The notes beneath the pieces were generated by a model, which saw nothing but the letters and a program-made list of their open reading frames with translations, did not search any database and had not been told where the DNA came from. A program made the translations under genes and the position numbers. Source: Escherichia coli (GTDB lineage: Bacteria > Pseudomonadota > Gammaproteobacteria > Enterobacterales > Enterobacteriaceae). Taken from it: a DNA stretch of 64,000 bases. The stretch lies in NCBI RefSeq assembly GCF_003790525.1, contig NZ_CP033635.1. One strand, written 5' to 3'. Of this stretch, positions 9,820 to 19,561 are shown piece after piece. How positions within the stretch are numbered: position 1 is the stretch's first letter; every line of letters begins with the position of its first letter.

Positions 9820-10140
9820 ATCTTTTATCCACATAAAAAATTTTTTTTCGAAAGAACTGTTCACACTGTTCACCTTTCTGTTTTCTCCTTTTATTTCATA
9901 GTGATAGGTGGTGAATAATGGGTGAAGGGTGAACATTCGATTCTTCACCTCCGGCATTCTGCCGGTGTGACTTGTGCAGGGGATTAATTTCCCGTGCTGA
10001 AATCACACCGGAAGAAAAAAGTTTTTTTTGATTTGATTGTTCACACTGTTCACCTTTCGTTTTTCTCTTTTAATTTCAGTGTGATAACGGGTGAATATAC
10101 GGTGAAGGGTGAACAGTGGATTGTTCACCTTCGGGGAATT
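9820..10140. repeat. P4 crr-like region: two tandem ~120-bp direct repeats carrying TGTTCACC/GGTGAACA octamers
   Basis: TGTTCACACTGTTCACC at 9858..9874 and 10037..10054; GGTGAAGGGTGAACA in both units; lies just past the 3' end of the alpha gene. Confidence 0.7.
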
Positions 10141-10179
10141 CAGGGATAAAAAAAGACCGGCAGATGCCGGTCAGGTGGG

Positions 10180-12513
10180 TCAGGCTGTTGCAGGGTCGTC
10201 ACATTTTGGCAGCCAGTCGCCGTAGCTTTCCTCTTTCAGCGTCAGGTTGGTCTGTATCCCCTGTTTGGTATGGCGCTTCTCGTAATTCAGTCCGTATTCC
10301 TTCAGCATCACCGGCAGCCCCAGCCCGAACATTTTCAGACTGAGTACATTCCGGTAGCCGTTTGCCTCCATGTAGGCCAGATAGGCGTGATAGAGGTATT
10401 TACGGTAATTGCGCGGGATGATACTGGCGTTCCCCATATACATGCCGCTGGTCTGCGGCAGGGTTTCCAGATAGCCGATAAAATCAAACGTCGGGTCGGC
10501 ATCCCGTTTGATGTTCAGTGCCTCGTCTGAGTTCTGCTGGGACTGAAGCAGTGACCGGGCGAGCATCGGGTCGCTGAACTTCTGCATCAGGTGACGCACG
10601 ATGACCGCCAGCTCGCGGGTGATTTTGTCCTTAAGCTGCGGGTCGCGCTCCTGCGGGGCTATCTGTTCCGGGAAGTGAATAATCACCCGCCGGCGTGACA
10701 CGCCGCCGCTGCGGTCGGTGAAGCGCATCGGGTTATTGTTCACGGCCAGAATTACCGCCGGGATATGCGTGGAGTATGCATCCCGGTATTTCGGGTCAAC
10801 GGACACCGCATCGCCGCCGGTGATGGCCTTGAGTCCGGCACCGTCGCCGCTCCATTTTTCCTGGTCCGGCAGGCGTATCAGTGAGAAGCCAGTTAACGCG
10901 GCACGTTCACGCGGGGATTCCAGCGTCTCGATGGTGGCCGACGTGGCGTTATCCTCCCCGGCCAGCAGGGTGGCTATTTCGGCCATGATACTTTTGCCGC
11001 TGCCGCCGGGACCGGTCACCTCCAGAAAGAGCTGCCAGTCGTAGCGGTTTGCCAGCACCATAAACAGTGCGGCCAGAATCACGTCGCGTTTTTCCGCACG
11101 GCCACCGGCGGCACGGTCAAGCCAGCACCAGAACGCGGGGGCGTGGGTCTCCAGCGTTTCACCGTCCACCGGCGGGGTGAAATCCACATCGCACAGGGTG
11201 CGCATCCAGTGTGACGGACTGTGCGGGTGGAACGTGCCGTTCTGCGTGTCGAGCACGCCGTTACGAAAGCCAATCAGGCGGCGGGAGGGGGCTTCCTGCT
11301 GCGGAATAATCAGCTTCAGGGTGTCCACCACGGAGGCCACCTTCCCGGAGGAGAACGGCGCGCGCAGACGCTGAAACAGCCCGGCCACATCCCGGGCAAA
11401 GTCCTGTGGTGGCAGCACCTTCCAGACACCATTTTCATAACGGGACAGAAGCTGGCCGTTGGCATCGACCGCGAGCGCCTCGCCGTAATGCTCATAGATA
11501 CGCATGGCCTTTTCGCTGGTACTCATGGCGGAAAACTCCGCTTCACTCATGGTGTCGAACGGGCTTTCAGCCGGTGGCCGGATGGCATCGTAAATGGCCT
11601 TACGGGTGGCCTCCCCGCCGTACTGCGTGAAGGCATCATTCCAGTCACCGAAGACCGGTGGCAGGGCAACAACACCTTCACACGCATCTGCGGCTGCGGC
11701 GGCTTTTTTCTGGCCATCACCGCTGAGGTCACGGTCAGCGGCAAGGACAATCTGACAGGCGGGGTGCTTCTGCCGGGCAAGGCTGGCCAGAGAAAGGAGG
11801 TTCACGGAAGAAAGCGCCACCATCACCGTTTCACCGGTCAGGTGATGCACGGTAAGTGCGGTCGCGTATCCCTCCGCTATCCACAGACGTTTTCCGGCCT
11901 GATTCTGTCCTTCAAGGATGTGACAGGTGCCCCTGACCTGTCCGCCTTTCAGGGTGCGCTTACGGCCGTCAGCACTGATTAACTGAAGGTTAACCAGTTC
12001 GCCGCTGTCGTCATACAGTGGCACCACAAGGTCACCGGCGCGCCAGCTCACGCCACCGGCTCTGTGTGTGCCGGTCAGCATCCGGCATTCCCGGCCGGGA
12101 AAGCCCTTGCGGGTCAGGTAGGCGTTACCGGTTCCGGGACGGGTTTTCGCCATCAGGGTTTGTGCCAGTGCGGCGGCGTTCTTCCGGGCAGCGTCTGTTT
12201 CAGCACCGGCGGCAGCCGTCACTGCCGGGTCAGCCGGGGGCAGGCTGCCGGTCACGGCAGCCACCTTTGTGGCCGCGTCGGACGGGGAGACACCAAACAC
12301 CTTTTCAACCAGTTTCAGGCCGTCACCGGCACCACACTGATTGCAGTACCAGGTGCCGCGCCCCTCCCTGTCATCAAAACGGAAGCGGTCACTCCCGCCA
12401 CAGACCGGACAGGGCTGATGACGGTTCTTCAGCACCTGAATCCCCAGCGCCGGGAGAATACGCGGCCAGTGGCCGAGCGCATGGCTGACGGTGGCGGTTA
12501 CGTTCATTTTCAT
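10180..12513 (-). CDS. P4 alpha-type primase-helicase
   Basis: 777 aa (the length I recall for P4 alpha); N-terminal zinc-binding CPVCGG...CNQCG; P-loop GPGGSGKS. Confidence 0.9.
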   Translation of the reverse strand: MKMNVTATVSHALGHWPRILPALGIQVLKNRHQPCPVCGGSDRFRFDDREGRGTWYCNQCGAGDGLKLVEKVFGVSPSDAATKVAAVTGSLPPADPAVTAAAGAETDAARKNAAALAQTLMAKTRPGTGNAYLTRKGFPGRECRMLTGTHRAGGVSWRAGDLVVPLYDDSGELVNLQLISADGRKRTLKGGQVRGTCHILEGQNQAGKRLWIAEGYATALTVHHLTGETVMVALSSVNLLSLASLARQKHPACQIVLAADRDLSGDGQKKAAAAADACEGVVALPPVFGDWNDAFTQYGGEATRKAIYDAIRPPAESPFDTMSEAEFSAMSTSEKAMRIYEHYGEALAVDANGQLLSRYENGVWKVLPPQDFARDVAGLFQRLRAPFSSGKVASVVDTLKLIIPQQEAPSRRLIGFRNGVLDTQNGTFHPHSPSHWMRTLCDVDFTPPVDGETLETHAPAFWCWLDRAAGGRAEKRDVILAALFMVLANRYDWQLFLEVTGPGGSGKSIMAEIATLLAGEDNATSATIETLESPRERAALTGFSLIRLPDQEKWSGDGAGLKAITGGDAVSVDPKYRDAYSTHIPAVILAVNNNPMRFTDRSGGVSRRRVIIHFPEQIAPQERDPQLKDKITRELAVIVRHLMQKFSDPMLARSLLQSQQNSDEALNIKRDADPTFDFIGYLETLPQTSGMYMGNASIIPRNYRKYLYHAYLAYMEANGYRNVLSLKMFGLGLPVMLKEYGLNYEKRHTKQGIQTNLTLKEESYGDWLPKCDDPATA

Positions 12514-12527
12514 GGTGTTGTTCTCCT

Positions 12528-12848
12528 TCAGTGCAGTACCGGCGCTTTTATGTGACGGGCACAGAGTTCATCCATCACAACCAGCCCGAGAAAGGACAGC
12601 GACGGCGCGGCCTTCAGGGGGCCGGATTCCATTAAATCTTCCAGCAGGGCACAGGCTATCTGACGCCCTTTTTCCTCACCGTGCTGGCGCAGATAAAAGC
12701 CTTCCAGCTCAGCGGCGATGGCCGCCTCCAGTGACTCAAGGGTGAGATGCGGGTAGCGGTGCTGACGTTCGCACACGGTCAGCCAGGCACAGGCGACAGC
12801 GCGACGGTAAAGGGCAGCGCGTAAGACGGGCGGTAAGGGTGTTTTCAT
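12528..12848 (-). CDS. Hypothetical protein, P4-like accessory ORF
   Basis: 106-aa ORF immediately upstream of alpha on the same strand. Confidence 0.55.
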
Positions 12849-12983
12849 TTGTTTTCCTCCCTGTGACAGATGACTGCATTCCGTGCCGGTTGCATTAACT
12901 GATAAGGCATATCTGCGTCTCCTGAAGACGTGCGTATCCCTGCGCGAATACGCACATTTAATTTTTCGGGTGTCGTTTTTTAA

Positions 12984-13439
12984 TTACAGATAATTGCGGT
13001 AACTGTTATCCGGGGTGATTTCCGGGTCAGGCTCCGTGCGGGGAATTTCCCGCCATTCCCGCGCCACCGGTGCCGCCCGGCTGACCGGAACAGTGTCCTG
13101 CGGGTAAATATCCAGATATTTCTCCCGCCATTTCTGTAATTCCGGGTCTCCGGCCATTTCTTTCAGTACCGCATGCCGGTTTACGGGGCTGCGTTTGAAC
13201 AGGTCAGGACGGTCACAGGTAAATTCCCGCAGAAAACGCCCCAGCGGGATGTCTGTGGTGCGCCCGTCGGCGAGGATACGCACAAGGATACTGAATTTAC
13301 GGCGGTACGGGTTCCAGACAATGTCCGGGCAGCGGTACGGCATTTCCCACGGAATACCGTCTTCCAGAATGCCGACCACGGCCACATCGGGAAAACCGGC
13401 AGAACGGTAAATCTCACCGGGCTGGGGAAAATCAAACAT
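12984..13439 (-). CDS. Hypothetical protein, P4-like accessory ORF
   Basis: 151-aa ORF in the same operon orientation. Confidence 0.55.
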   Translation of the reverse strand: MFDFPQPGEIYRSAGFPDVAVVGILEDGIPWEMPYRCPDIVWNPYRRKFSILVRILADGRTTDIPLGRFLREFTCDRPDLFKRSPVNRHAVLKEMAGDPELQKWREKYLDIYPQDTVPVSRAAPVAREWREIPRTEPDPEITPDNSYRNYL

Positions 13440-13800
13440 GCGTCCTGTCTCCCCGGTCTTTCTGCTGGGCGAGAAAATCGCGGCACAGGCCTTTGGCTTT
13501 CAGCTCATTCAGCACAAAATCAATATCTTCATTCAGGTAGCTGAAAATATGCGGAATGTAGAGCTGATGCAGGCCGGAGAGTTCACGGTGAATCAAATCA
13601 CCCCCAACAAACTGGGATACGGCGCTGGCGCGGTTGAGCTTATGGTAAGCCTCAATGCTGAGGTGTTCACGGGCGTCATGACGCGCTGAGACGGTCTGAG
13701 GGGCTTTTTTATTACGCACGGGACACCTCCACCACCGGCAGACGGGCAGCAAGGGAGAGCACATAGTCACGGACAAGGGAACGGCGGGCGCTGCGTTCAT
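13432..13800 (-). CDS. Hypothetical small protein in the position of P4 epsilon; start uncertain
   Basis: ORF 13432..13959 with internal ATG candidates at 13800 and 13764; overlaps another frame (13712..14302). Confidence 0.3.
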   Translation of the reverse strand: MNAAPAVPLSVTMCSPLLPVCRWWRCPVRNKKAPQTVSARHDAREHLSIEAYHKLNRASAVSQFVGGDLIHRELSGLHQLYIPHIFSYLNEDIDFVLNELKAKGLCRDFLAQQKDRGDRTHV

Positions 13801-14298
13801 CACCGGCGACGGTGCGAAGCATGCAGATACGGGGATGACGGTCTGCGCGACGGACAGCCGCAAACACAAAGACAAATTCAGGGTGTGAGGGGGTAAGGGT
13901 TGTAGCCATAAGGCAGCCTCCTTCGAGTAGCAAATAACTGCTATCGCCGGAGTTCTCACGCTCGATGGCGATAGCCCAGACGGGGGTGAGAATACCGGCC
14001 TCGAAGAATACCGGCCAGCCCGGAGGCTGCCCCGCCTGAGCTACCATTGACTCAGTGGCATAACATGCGATTGCGAACAGGATAATACCTGCACGGCAAA
14101 CCACACGCCACACCATAATCTGGCGCTCTGTGGCGTTGATTGCGACACAAAAAAAGACGCATGGCGCGTCATATGTCGCCTTCGAGTTACACGGGTTCTC
14201 ACGCCCGGCTGCCGATTTTGCGGCAACGGAAAGACTATATCCGCAAATGCCGGAAAAAGGCAAGCCAGAAAAAGGGAGTTTTTGCAGAGCGGGCATCA

Positions 14299-14565
14299 TC
14301 ATGCGTCATACCCCCGTTTGCGTCCGGCAATGCGGCCGGCCATCCATGCGGTGACTTCAGAGTGCAGCCAGGCCACATTTTTACCGCCAAGACTCACCTG
14401 CGGCGGAAATTCCCCCTTACGGATGAGTTCGTAGATGGTCGAGCGTGACAGGCCGCACAGGTGCATCACTTCCGGAAGACGCAAAAAACGCTCCTGTGTG
14501 ATGTCCGGCTGCGGCATCAGTGGCGTCACAGGGGCGGGAGACGGGGAAGAAAAAACAGCTTGCAT
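14299..14565 (-). CDS. AlpA-family phage transcriptional regulator / excisionase-like protein
   Basis: 88 aa; HTH segment [27 protein letters not shown] typical of the AlpA family. Confidence 0.75.
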   Translation of the reverse strand: MQAVFSSPSPAPVTPLMPQPDITQERFLRLPEVMHLCGLSRSTIYELIRKGEFPPQVSLGGKNVAWLHSEVTAWMAGRIAGRKRGYDA

Positions 14566-14844
14566 CGGGCTACCTCGTTAATGTCCATACAGCACCGGAT
14601 AAGTCTGTCCGGCTTCGGGTAGCGCTTTATTTTGTGAATATTTTCAGCAGACGCAACAGGGGGGATTTGTTCCGGCAGCCTTACAATGCTTGTGTGTTTT
14701 TTGTTCATCTCCACTTAAAGTCATTTAAAGCCACTTAAAGCAATTCGTAATTTTTATAGTGAAATACAAATCGTTTTTTCTTATTCATTCCCGGCGAATT
14801 AATAAAAACAAACAGTAGTAAACAGCACAAAAAGCCCATCAACG

Positions 14845-14950
14845 GGTGAACAGTGGTGAACAGACGGTGAACAGTCATTACTGCGATTGTTCACCCTTTA
14901 ACTTACTGTATTACTTATCTTTTTTCTTATGGCGAACAGAGGTGAACAGT
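14845..14950. repeat. P4 ori-like iteron cluster (at least 5 GGTGAACA/TGTTCACC octamers)
   Basis: GGTGAACAGTGGTGAACAGACGGTGAACAG, then TGTTCACCC, then GCGAACAGAGGTGAACAG; about 4.7 kb from the crr-like repeats. Confidence 0.65.
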
Positions 14951-15117
14951 AAAATATAAAAAAACAAACAGTAAGACGGTTTTTCCTGCGACCTTTTCCT
15001 GGCTTGCCGGTGTGAGGATGAGTCTCCTGTGTCAGGGCTGGCACATCTGCAATGCGTCGTGTTGTTGTCCGGTGTACGTCACAATTTTCTTAACCTGAAG
15101 TGACGAGGAGCCGGAAA

Positions 15118-15852
15118 ATGTCTGACAACACCATCCCTGAATATCTGCAACCCGCGCTGGCACAACTGGAAAAGGCCAGAGCCGCCCATCTTGAGAACGC
15201 CCGCCTGATGGATGAGACCGTCACGGCCATTGAACGGGCAGAGCAGGAAAAAAATGCGCTGGCGCAGGCCGACGGAAACGACGCTGACGACTGGCGCACG
15301 GCCTTTCGTGCAGCCGGTGGTGTCCTGAGCGACGAGCTGAAACAGCGCCACATTGAGCGCGTGGCACGCCGGGAGCTGGTACAGGAATATGACAATCTGG
15401 CCGTGGTGCTGAATTTTGAACGCGAACGCCTGAAAGGGGCGTGTGACAGCACGGCCACCGCCTACCGGAAGGCACATCATCACCTGCTGAGTCTGTATGC
15501 AGAGCATGAGCTGGAACACGCCCTGAATGAAACCTGTGAGGCGCTTGTCCGGGCAATGCATCTGAGCATTCTGGTACAGGAAAATCCGCTCGCCAACACC
15601 ACCGGGCATCAGGGCTACGTCGCACCCGATAAAGCTGTCATGCAGCAGGTGAAATCATCGCTGGAACAGAAAATAAAACAGATGCAAATCAGCCTCACCG
15701 GCGAGCCGGTTCTCCGGCTGACCGGACTGTCAGCGGCAACACTCCCGCACATGGATTATGAGGTGGCAGGCACACCGGCACAGCGCAAGGTGTGGCAGGA
15801 CAAAATAGACCAGCAGGGAGCAGTGCTTAAGGCCAGAGGACTGCTGTCATGA
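15118..15852 (+). CDS. sid: P4 Sid-like capsid size-determination protein
   Basis: 244 aa from the ATG at 15118 (RBS GAGGAG); followed by delta and psu in P4 order. Confidence 0.7.
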   Translation: MSDNTIPEYLQPALAQLEKARAAHLENARLMDETVTAIERAEQEKNALAQADGNDADDWRTAFRAAGGVLSDELKQRHIERVARRELVQEYDNLAVVLNFERERLKGACDSTATAYRKAHHHLLSLYAEHELEHALNETCEALVRAMHLSILVQENPLANTTGHQGYVAPDKAVMQQVKSSLEQKIKQMQISLTGEPVLRLTGLSAATLPHMDYEVAGTPAQRKVWQDKIDQQGAVLKARGLLS

Positions 15853-16349
15853 TTTACTGCCCGTCGTGTGGACATGTTGCTCACACCCGTCGCGCACATT
15901 TCATGGACGATGGCACCAAGATAATGATTGCACAGTGCCGGAATATTTATTGCTCTGCGACATTTGAAGCGAGTGAAAGCTTTTTCTCTGACAGTAAAGA
16001 TTCAGGAATGGAATACATTTCAGGCAAACAGAGATACCGCGATTCACTGACGTCAGCCTCCGGCAGTATGAAACGCCCGAAAAGAATGCTTGTTACCGGA
16101 TATTGTTGTCGGAGATGTAAAGGCCTTGCACTGTCAAGAACATCGCGGCGTCTGTCTCAGGAAGTCACCGAGCGTTTTTATGTGTGCACGGATCCGGGCT
16201 GTGGTCTGGTGTTTAAAACGCTTCAGACCATCAACCGCTTCATTGTCCGCCCGGTCACACCGGACGAACTGGCAGAAAGCCTGCATGAAAAACAGGAACT
16301 GCCGCCAGTACGGTTAAAAACACAATCATATTCGCTGCGTCTGGAATGA
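15849..16349 (+). CDS. Ogr/Delta-family zinc-finger late-gene activator (tandem Ogr-like repeats)
   Basis: 166 aa; two CxxC...C..C units (YCPSCGH...CRNIYC and CCRRCKG...CTDPGC); ATGA overlap with the sid stop. Confidence 0.8.
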   Translation: MIYCPSCGHVAHTRRAHFMDDGTKIMIAQCRNIYCSATFEASESFFSDSKDSGMEYISGKQRYRDSLTSASGSMKRPKRMLVTGYCCRRCKGLALSRTSRRLSQEVTERFYVCTDPGCGLVFKTLQTINRFIVRPVTPDELAESLHEKQELPPVRLKTQSYSLRLE

Positions 16350-16422
16350 GGGCTGCCGGTTAACACCGGCCGTCGCCGCACACCGTATTTTTATTCTTCA
16401 GCATGATGAGAAAGAGATAACG

Positions 16423-16995
16423 ATGGAAAGCACAGCCTTACAGCAGGCCTTTGACACCTGCCAGAATAACAAAGCAGCATGGCTGCAACGCAAAAATGAG
16501 CTGGCTGCGGCCGAACAGGAATATCTGCGGCTTCAGTCCGGGGAAGGCAGAAACGTCAGTCGCCTTGACGAATTACGCAATATTATCGAAGTCAGAAAAT
16601 GGCAGGTGAATCAGGCCGCCGGTCGTTATATTCGTTCGCATGAAGCCGTTCAGCACATCAGCATCCGCGACCGGCTGAATGATTTTATGCAGCAGCACGG
16701 CACAGCACTGGCGGCGGCACTGGCACCGGAGCTGATGGGCTACAGTGAGCTGACGGCCATTGCCCGAAACTGTGCCATACAGCGTGCCACAGATGCCCTG
16801 CGTGAAGCCCTTCTGTCCTGGCTTGCGAAGGGTGAAAAAATTAATTATTCCGCACAGGATAGCGACATTTTAACGACCATCGGATTCAGGCCTGACGTGG
16901 CTTCGGTGGATGACAGCCGTGAAAAATTCACCCCTGCGCAGAACATGATTTTTTCGCGTAAAAGTGCGCAACTGGCATCACGTCAGTCTGTGTAA
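16423..16995 (+). CDS. psu: P4 Psu-like polarity suppression protein
   Basis: 190 aa, position after delta; length matches P4 Psu as I recall. Confidence 0.7.
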   Translation: MESTALQQAFDTCQNNKAAWLQRKNELAAAEQEYLRLQSGEGRNVSRLDELRNIIEVRKWQVNQAAGRYIRSHEAVQHISIRDRLNDFMQQHGTALAAALAPELMGYSELTAIARNCAIQRATDALREALLSWLAKGEKINYSAQDSDILTTIGFRPDVASVDDSREKFTPAQNMIFSRKSAQLASRQSV

Positions 16996-17159
16996 AATTC
17001 CCCGAAAATCCGCCCGTTTTTACTGAAAAAAGCCATGCATCGATAAGGTGCATGGCTTTGCATGCGTTTCCCTGCCTCATTTTCTGCAAACCGCGCCATT
17101 CCCGGCGCGGTCTGAGCGTGTCAGTGAAACTGCATTAAAACCGCCCCGCAAAGCGGGCG

Positions 17160-17178
17160 GGCGAGGCGGGGAAAGCAC
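17160..17178. other. P2/P4-type cos cohesive-end site
   Basis: GGCGAGGCGGGGAAAGCAC read directly; matches the P2/P4 cos sequence as I recall; sits after psu as in P4. Confidence 0.6.
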
Positions 17179-17368
17179 TGCGCGCATGATATAAAAGAGT
17201 ATTAAGAATTTTACAGAAACAGCTAATACAGACGCTGAAGTAAAATCATTGAGACCATTCGTGATTTGATGCAAAAAATTGCACAACATAAGCTCCTATG
17301 GTTCATAGTAATACTATTAAACCTATCTTTTCGTTGGTATATTACCCATTTTGTAATGGAGAATTGAA

Positions 17369-19501
17369 ATGCTTTCTACTCAGGATATAAACGGTTTTTT
17401 TAATGCTGTTGACTCTCTCAAAAGGTTTAAACGAGCAGAAATAAGGGACAACAAAGATAAACCACTTATTGATTCACTTTACACAGATCTATTGCCAAAC
17501 AATCACGTCTTCAAAATGTGCTACGGGGAAAACACTACATTTTTAATTGGAAGAAAAGGCACAGGAAAATCCACAATAATTCTTAAACTTGAAAGTGAGT
17601 ACAGAAAAGAATCTTCATACCTCCCATGCTATATAGATACAAAAACAGTATTCGAAAGTGTTAGAGGTGAGTATCAAAAAATAGACTACCTAAAAGGGAA
17701 GATACCTGAAGAGCATCTAGAAAAATATTTAGTCGAGCGTGCATTCATTAAAAACATCTTGAAATCAATCGGTGACGAATTGAATATTCGAGCAGAAAGC
17801 ATATTCTCAAAACTAGCAGGGATTGTTAATGCAAGCAAAAAACAAGCGGTAAAAGCAAAAATAACAAAACTACTTTTAATGGTGGACAATAACCAAATAA
17901 TAAAAGAAATTGAAATACCCGTAATAACAGAAGTAAATACTAAACTTACTAAGGCGAACGAATCAGAAAATGGAACTACCCAAAACTATAACTCTGAGCT
18001 AACTGTAAAAATCGGAACATCACAACATGAAGGTGGTGGAAAAATAGGAGCGGTAAAAGGAATCACCTCAAGACAGAAAAACAATGACGCTTGGGAAAAG
18101 AGTTTCTCTACAGCCCTTCTAAAGGTTTTTCAAATCACATCAGTAATTGAAGAAATTAAAATCATATTAAGAGAGCTAGGAGTAAAAAAGCTTGTAATAT
18201 TTTTAGACGATTTCTCTGAAGTTGAAGAGAAGACGCTAAAAAACTTCGTCGATGTTGTACTTGCTCCGCTAAATAACTGGGCTAATGATTTCATTTGTTT
18301 TAAAGTCGCTGCCTACCCAAGTCGCATATATTATGGCGACATTGATGTTGGCAAAATAGATGTGGTAAATTTAGATTTTTATAATTTATATTCTAATTAT
18401 GATAAATCTACGATGGAATCCTTATCAGCTGACTTCACCAAGAGACTTTTAAATCAAAGGCTTAATCAGTTTTGCACATTGAAGTTTGAAGATTATTTTG
18501 ATACATCTTCAGCTACTCCAGAAGAGTACTATGATCTTATATTTAAAGTATCCATGAATGTCCCTAGAATTATAGGATACATTCTTTATTACTGCCATCA
18601 AACCAATGTATCTCTTGGCAGAAAAATAAATAAAGGCTCAATCGAGAAAGCAGCTCAGACTTATTATGAGCAAGTTGTATCTAAGTTTTTCGATATTGCC
18701 ACGCATAGTCTGATGTCTTTCAGTGAAAAAGTTTCTGAACTTCAGCAAAAAGAGATTCTAAATCTCTTCGTTCAGAAATTAAAAACGATTAAGCGACAAA
18801 TAATAACAAATGAACTAACTGGCACAATTTACAATAGAGACAGAACAAATCCTTATTGTAGTCATTTTTATTTTCAACCTAATCTTGAACATTTTCTGCG
18901 TACATTGGAGCTTAATTTCTTCATTACCAAATATAATGAATTAGTAAATAAAGACGGAAACAAGGTCTCGATATATGGAATAAATTATGGATTAGCTCGA
19001 AGTGAAAACCTCAAATGGGGAAAACCTGAAGGTAATCAGTTCCGTAGTTATTTCGTAGAAAGACCATTTGATTTCAACAAAGATATCGAAGATTTCTTAA
19101 GAGAATCGAAAAAAATCGTATGTCTTAATAGCTCTTGTGATAAAACCTATCCATATGAAGAACTTGCATTTCTTGAATATAATAAAATGAGATGTATTGA
19201 ATGCCAGTCGCCTGTTGAAGTAAGATCGTTTTCTGAAAGTATCAGTTCTGAAATATCTAAAATTGACAACGCTAAACTTTTACCAAAATTAGAATTAATG
19301 ATATTACATGAACTGAATAAGGCAGACGATCATCTCCTAGCTCGAGACATTGCTGAGGAACTAGACGCTTCATCACAATTAATTGCCAAACGGGCTGAAA
19401 AATTAGACAGAAAAGGTCTTGTTTTTAGAGATAAAAGTGATGCATTAATTAAGTATTCAATAACAAATAAAGCAGTAGAAGGTTATTTCTATGATGACTA
19501 A
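17369..19501 (+). CDS. Uncharacterised P-loop NTPase with C-terminal zinc ribbon and wHTH-like tail; sole cargo gene of the P4 cos-int slot; candidate anti-phage protein
   Basis: 710-aa ORF; RBS GGAGA 7 nt upstream; Walker A GRKGTGKST (res 61-69); Walker B-like LVIFLDDFSE (res 275-284); C-x4-C-x18-C-x2-C near res 585-610; terminal wHTH-like segment; visibly AT-rich versus flanking genes. Confidence 0.85.
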   Translation: MLSTQDINGFFNAVDSLKRFKRAEIRDNKDKPLIDSLYTDLLPNNHVFKMCYGENTTFLIGRKGTGKSTIILKLESEYRKESSYLPCYIDTKTVFESVRGEYQKIDYLKGKIPEEHLEKYLVERAFIKNILKSIGDELNIRAESIFSKLAGIVNASKKQAVKAKITKLLLMVDNNQIIKEIEIPVITEVNTKLTKANESENGTTQNYNSELTVKIGTSQHEGGGKIGAVKGITSRQKNNDAWEKSFSTALLKVFQITSVIEEIKIILRELGVKKLVIFLDDFSEVEEKTLKNFVDVVLAPLNNWANDFICFKVAAYPSRIYYGDIDVGKIDVVNLDFYNLYSNYDKSTMESLSADFTKRLLNQRLNQFCTLKFEDYFDTSSATPEEYYDLIFKVSMNVPRIIGYILYYCHQTNVSLGRKINKGSIEKAAQTYYEQVVSKFFDIATHSLMSFSEKVSELQQKEILNLFVQKLKTIKRQIITNELTGTIYNRDRTNPYCSHFYFQPNLEHFLRTLELNFFITKYNELVNKDGNKVSIYGINYGLARSENLKWGKPEGNQFRSYFVERPFDFNKDIEDFLRESKKIVCLNSSCDKTYPYEELAFLEYNKMRCIECQSPVEVRSFSESISSEISKIDNAKLLPKLELMILHELNKADDHLLARDIAEELDASSQLIAKRAEKLDRKGLVFRDKSDALIKYSITNKAVEGYFYDD

Positions 19502-19523
19502 ATAGAAACTAACAATGAAAAGC

Positions 19524-19553
19524 TCAACGCTGATTCTAGGGCGTTGAGCTACT
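19524..19553. terminator. Bidirectional terminator hairpin between convergent genes
   Basis: AGCTCAACGC ... GCGTTGAGCT perfect 10-bp inverted repeat between the NTPase stop (19501) and the integrase stop (19562). Confidence 0.6.
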
Positions 19554-19561
19554 TAATAATT

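Noticed and set aside
9640-9957. 105-aa ORF overlapping the crr-like iteron repeats
   Set aside because: Lies entirely within tandem repeat DNA with homopolymer runs; more likely noncoding replication-region sequence than a gene.
11221-11982. 253-aa plus-strand ORF
   Set aside because: Antisense to, and fully inside, the well-supported alpha primase gene; arginine/glycine-rich translation typical of GC-rich antisense frames.
13712-14302. 196-aa minus-strand ORF
   Set aside because: Overlaps the 13432..13959 ORF and the alpA-like gene in other frames; only its C-terminal ~65 codons could be a real small gene, left unannotated for lack of support.
15079-15625. 176-aa and 134-aa minus-strand ORFs
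   Set aside because: Antisense overlap with the sid gene; no independent support.
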